Shown piece by piece: positions 61,034 through 64,000 of a stretch of DNA of 64,000 bases. Position 1 is the first letter of the stretch; each line of letters opens with the position of its first letter. The stretch lies in NCBI GenBank assembly GCA_051942205.1, contig JAVECO010000118.1, forward strand, positions 1 through 64,000. The letters run 5' to 3'. The position numbers were made by a program, and so were the translations under genes. This DNA is from Coniocarpon cinnabarinum (taxonomy: Eukaryota). The notes under the pieces were generated by a model, which had not been told where the DNA came from, ran no database searches, and saw nothing but the letters and a program-made list of their open reading frames with translations.

Positions 61034-64000
61034 TCAAGCTTTTAAAGATGGCAAGCAGCCTCGGAACGCAAGAAGTATCCAATGCGGGACAGCCGGACGA
61101 AGACTGCAATTGGAACGAGCCATCACACCATGGGCAGCCACCGACCTGCCATGTTGTCGACGTGAGCGCCAGTGACACCAGCTTCGAAAGAGCCGAATCG
61201 GGACATTTTGTGAGCCTTGGAAATCAGGCATCAGTATTGGCTCCCTCAGACCACGACACCATGATTGGTCCCACTGGCCTCACGCTCGATAATCTCGTCT
61301 TCCAGAGATCGTGAACAGCGGACTGCTCATATGCAAGAGCCTCTTGAAGTTCAGCCGTGCCGTCAAAAGCACAGAGTTCCAGAAGCCCGAGGCTTCCGAG
61401 TTGGCTGCATTTGTCCCGGGCCGTGGAATAATTTCATCCAGGCCGTTCCCAGCAAGCCCTGATGGTAGACACCATGCTTCGGCTGTCTCACGTTTACGTT
61501 TCATCATGGGCATAACGATGTTTTTATTACACGGCTGCGAAGTCAGCTTTGAACCTCACATGATCTGAGGAAACGACAAGCTGGAAGTTCTCAATTAATG
61601 TACTGTGCACGATCTAGCCAGGCAAACATGGAGGGTGAATGGCCTACAACTTTTACTTTCCATCACCTTGCCACTGACACATGTCAGACTCCTAGACAAT
61701 CTGTTCAACAACAGAACATTTTAGTGCTTGCGCAGCATATCACCCACTCGCTAGAGTGTTCGCGGAAAGGCCCCAAACCGTCCCCAGACAACAGGTGCTT
61801 TTTGGCTTTACAACGCAACCGGCAAAGACTTCAACCTTGCCGTGGATTCCCGGCCCTCCGATGCGATACTTGAGCCGTGCAACCAACGACAAGCTTTGGC
61901 CATTCCGTGCTCTGATAATCATGAGGGCTTTATCCAAGCTCTCGCCATGAATATGCCTACTTTTGGGATCGGATACACGCCACTGATCTGCGAAACGACG
62001 TTTTGGTCGCTCCCTCGAAATAGCTCCTGGTTGTGCGCAGTCCGTTGCGCGATGACTGGTGAGTCCTCATCTTTCAATCTCTGGTCTGGCATGATTTCTG
62101 GTCCAAGCCCGGTCTCGGATCAGTGCTGAAAGCGCATTTTGAGGGGCGGCATCACAGTCTGGATTTGAACGCCATGCGCGCACTCCACTGCATGTTCTAC
62201 TTATCTTATTTGTGTGACTACAAGCCTGGGCAGTGAGGTGGACGATACTAGATCCTAGACACATTTCACCTTGGCATGAAATAAGCTATCGTGGATATCG
62301 TGACTTATGGAAAGACTTCAAAATGCATAAATGCTCTGACTTTGTGCAAAGCAGATTGATTGTCAAGCGGACCGCCTTCGTTCACACCTTGAGAGTCAGC
62401 ACGAGTCATTGAAGGGCTAGCATCGCAAAATTTGCCAGATCAAAAGATGGGTCCCCATCTAGTAAACTTTGTGAGACGCTTCTGTCAGCTTCAAATTCCC
62501 TCGCAGCTGCCCCCTGCGAAGACGTCAGAGTCTAGTTCTGTCATCAGTCAGCTACATATTGTATCTTGAATCATTGACCGACGGAATCATATGCGCACCG
62601 CCTTAGACGAGCTAGGATGAAAACGTCTATTGGCCGTTGCAGTTTCAACATTGCTTCGTAAAATGTAAGGTGAAGATCTACATGACTTTGAATACAACAC
62701 GCCATCCGAGGCGCTGTAAATGCTGCCTTTGCATTATGCGAAAATGAAACAAACATATCTGGTGAAAAATGCTTTTGACCGAATACACATGCTTAATAGA
62801 GGTCAGTGCAAGCTTGTGAAGCGTAAGTCGCATGTAACAGCTAGGACATCCGCGAAAAGTGTGTGGTAGAGGACCCTGATCTTTGCCGTGATCATGCCCT
62901 GTTGCGGCGATCATGTCCTTGAGCTAAACAAATGTGTCCTTAACATGTTGTGGAGGCTCTCTAGCTATACGCGCTGGGGTTGTTAGTGCTGGATAACAGA
63001 ACGGGCTCATTCTGCGATGGACCCCTGACTGAGCATCGCGAGCGCTGATATGTGCCTCCTAGAAGACGGAACGCCCGGAATCAAAGGTGAAAAGCGTCGA
63101 TGCATCCTCAGTGAAATGATTTGCTGCCAGCAGAACACCTGAGACAGCTGTCTGGACGAGCCTTAGTTGTAAAGAGGAGCGGATTGGGTGGTCCATCTAA
63201 GCTTGCACCATGCTGTGACCCTTCCACTTTCATGTCATGCACTCTGCACCCAACGGTTTGAATTTAGCATTGCTGCCGTTACCCGTTTTGAGAGGTCGTA
63301 CGTGTTACAAACAGCTCATATGTACATGTGTAGCTTTGATCATGTAGCTACCTTGCTAGATGTCGTGATGCCAACTGTGGACCCGAAATCAGCGCCCTAC
63401 AAAGATTTATAATTCCGCCGCTGCATCTCAATCGCTAATAACAAGCACTACTAAAGAACAATCTCACCGTCGTCCATGGTTGCAGACTCAGCAATCACGT
63501 CGTTCAGTTGAATATCAGCTTGCCCTCGTTTCAGTTTCTCAACTCGATTGCTCCGCAAAGCTCAGATCAAGCCCTTCCAGCGGATCTAGAATCCCCTGCG
63601 CTTGATTCATGGCTAACGAGAAAGTCATTAACGGGAATGTCATCGTCAAGGACAAGACAAATATGAAGGTCTGGCGCTTTGATTGTGCCTGCCAGGCCAT
63701 TGAGAAACGTGTGAAAGAATTACATGAATTCAGAATACCTAGCAGACAAGACCCATTGTACTCATGTACGGAGATCCATATCGAGTAAGTTCTGACCCCT
63801 AGACTGTTCGAAAATCTGTCCATCGGTATGCGCATTTCATTGACTGTGTATATGTGTGAAGACATTTGGTCAAGCACGGTAACTTACATGATGGGTCGGC
63901 TCTCAAGCAGCGTTACGCCAGGATTAAGGATGCAATCACGTTTGTCAAGGTGATGAAAATAGAAGTTGGAGTCTACCGAACGAAGGGTTCGGAGCTGGAG

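Noticed and set aside
61050..64000. Short ORFs in the last 3 kb
   Set aside because: No domain or consistent exon chain. The last ~500 bp might be the 3' end of a gene outside the window, but this cannot be supported.

Overview
Gene-dense eukaryotic DNA from a filamentous ascomycete (Pezizomycotina, probably a Dothideomycete). Introns are short with CTRAC-type branch points, and repeats show RIP-like transition damage. The core is housekeeping genes: SF3B1/HSH155, a PDK/BCKDK-type kinase, a Mak32-like pfkB kinase, a NUUM-like complex I subunit, mL44/MRPL3, a LITAF protein, BMS1, CAP/SRV2, a Whi5-like protein, JEN1, a WW protein, peroxisomal thiolase, L2HGDH, a GH28 exo-pectinase, THI80, a Zn-dependent dehydrogenase and EAF7. 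Three accessory zones stand out. (1) At 1-5.2 kb a caspase-like (C14) protease gene with a decayed TPR tail lies between two different RIP-damaged MITEs. (2) At 34.5-37.6 kb a membrane-protein gene is divergent from a frameshifted PPPDE/LRAT-like peptidase, next to a TE relic. (3) At 49-57 kb a gene-poor tract holds two pairs of apparently paralogous micro-ORFs. Reading the sequence also gave a 4-exon I9 protease-inhibitor gene missing from the ORF track, a GC-AG intron with 9- and 15-nt microexons, and recurring C-rich-to-G-rich fold-back skew zones. All family calls are from motif recognition by eye; no database search was run.
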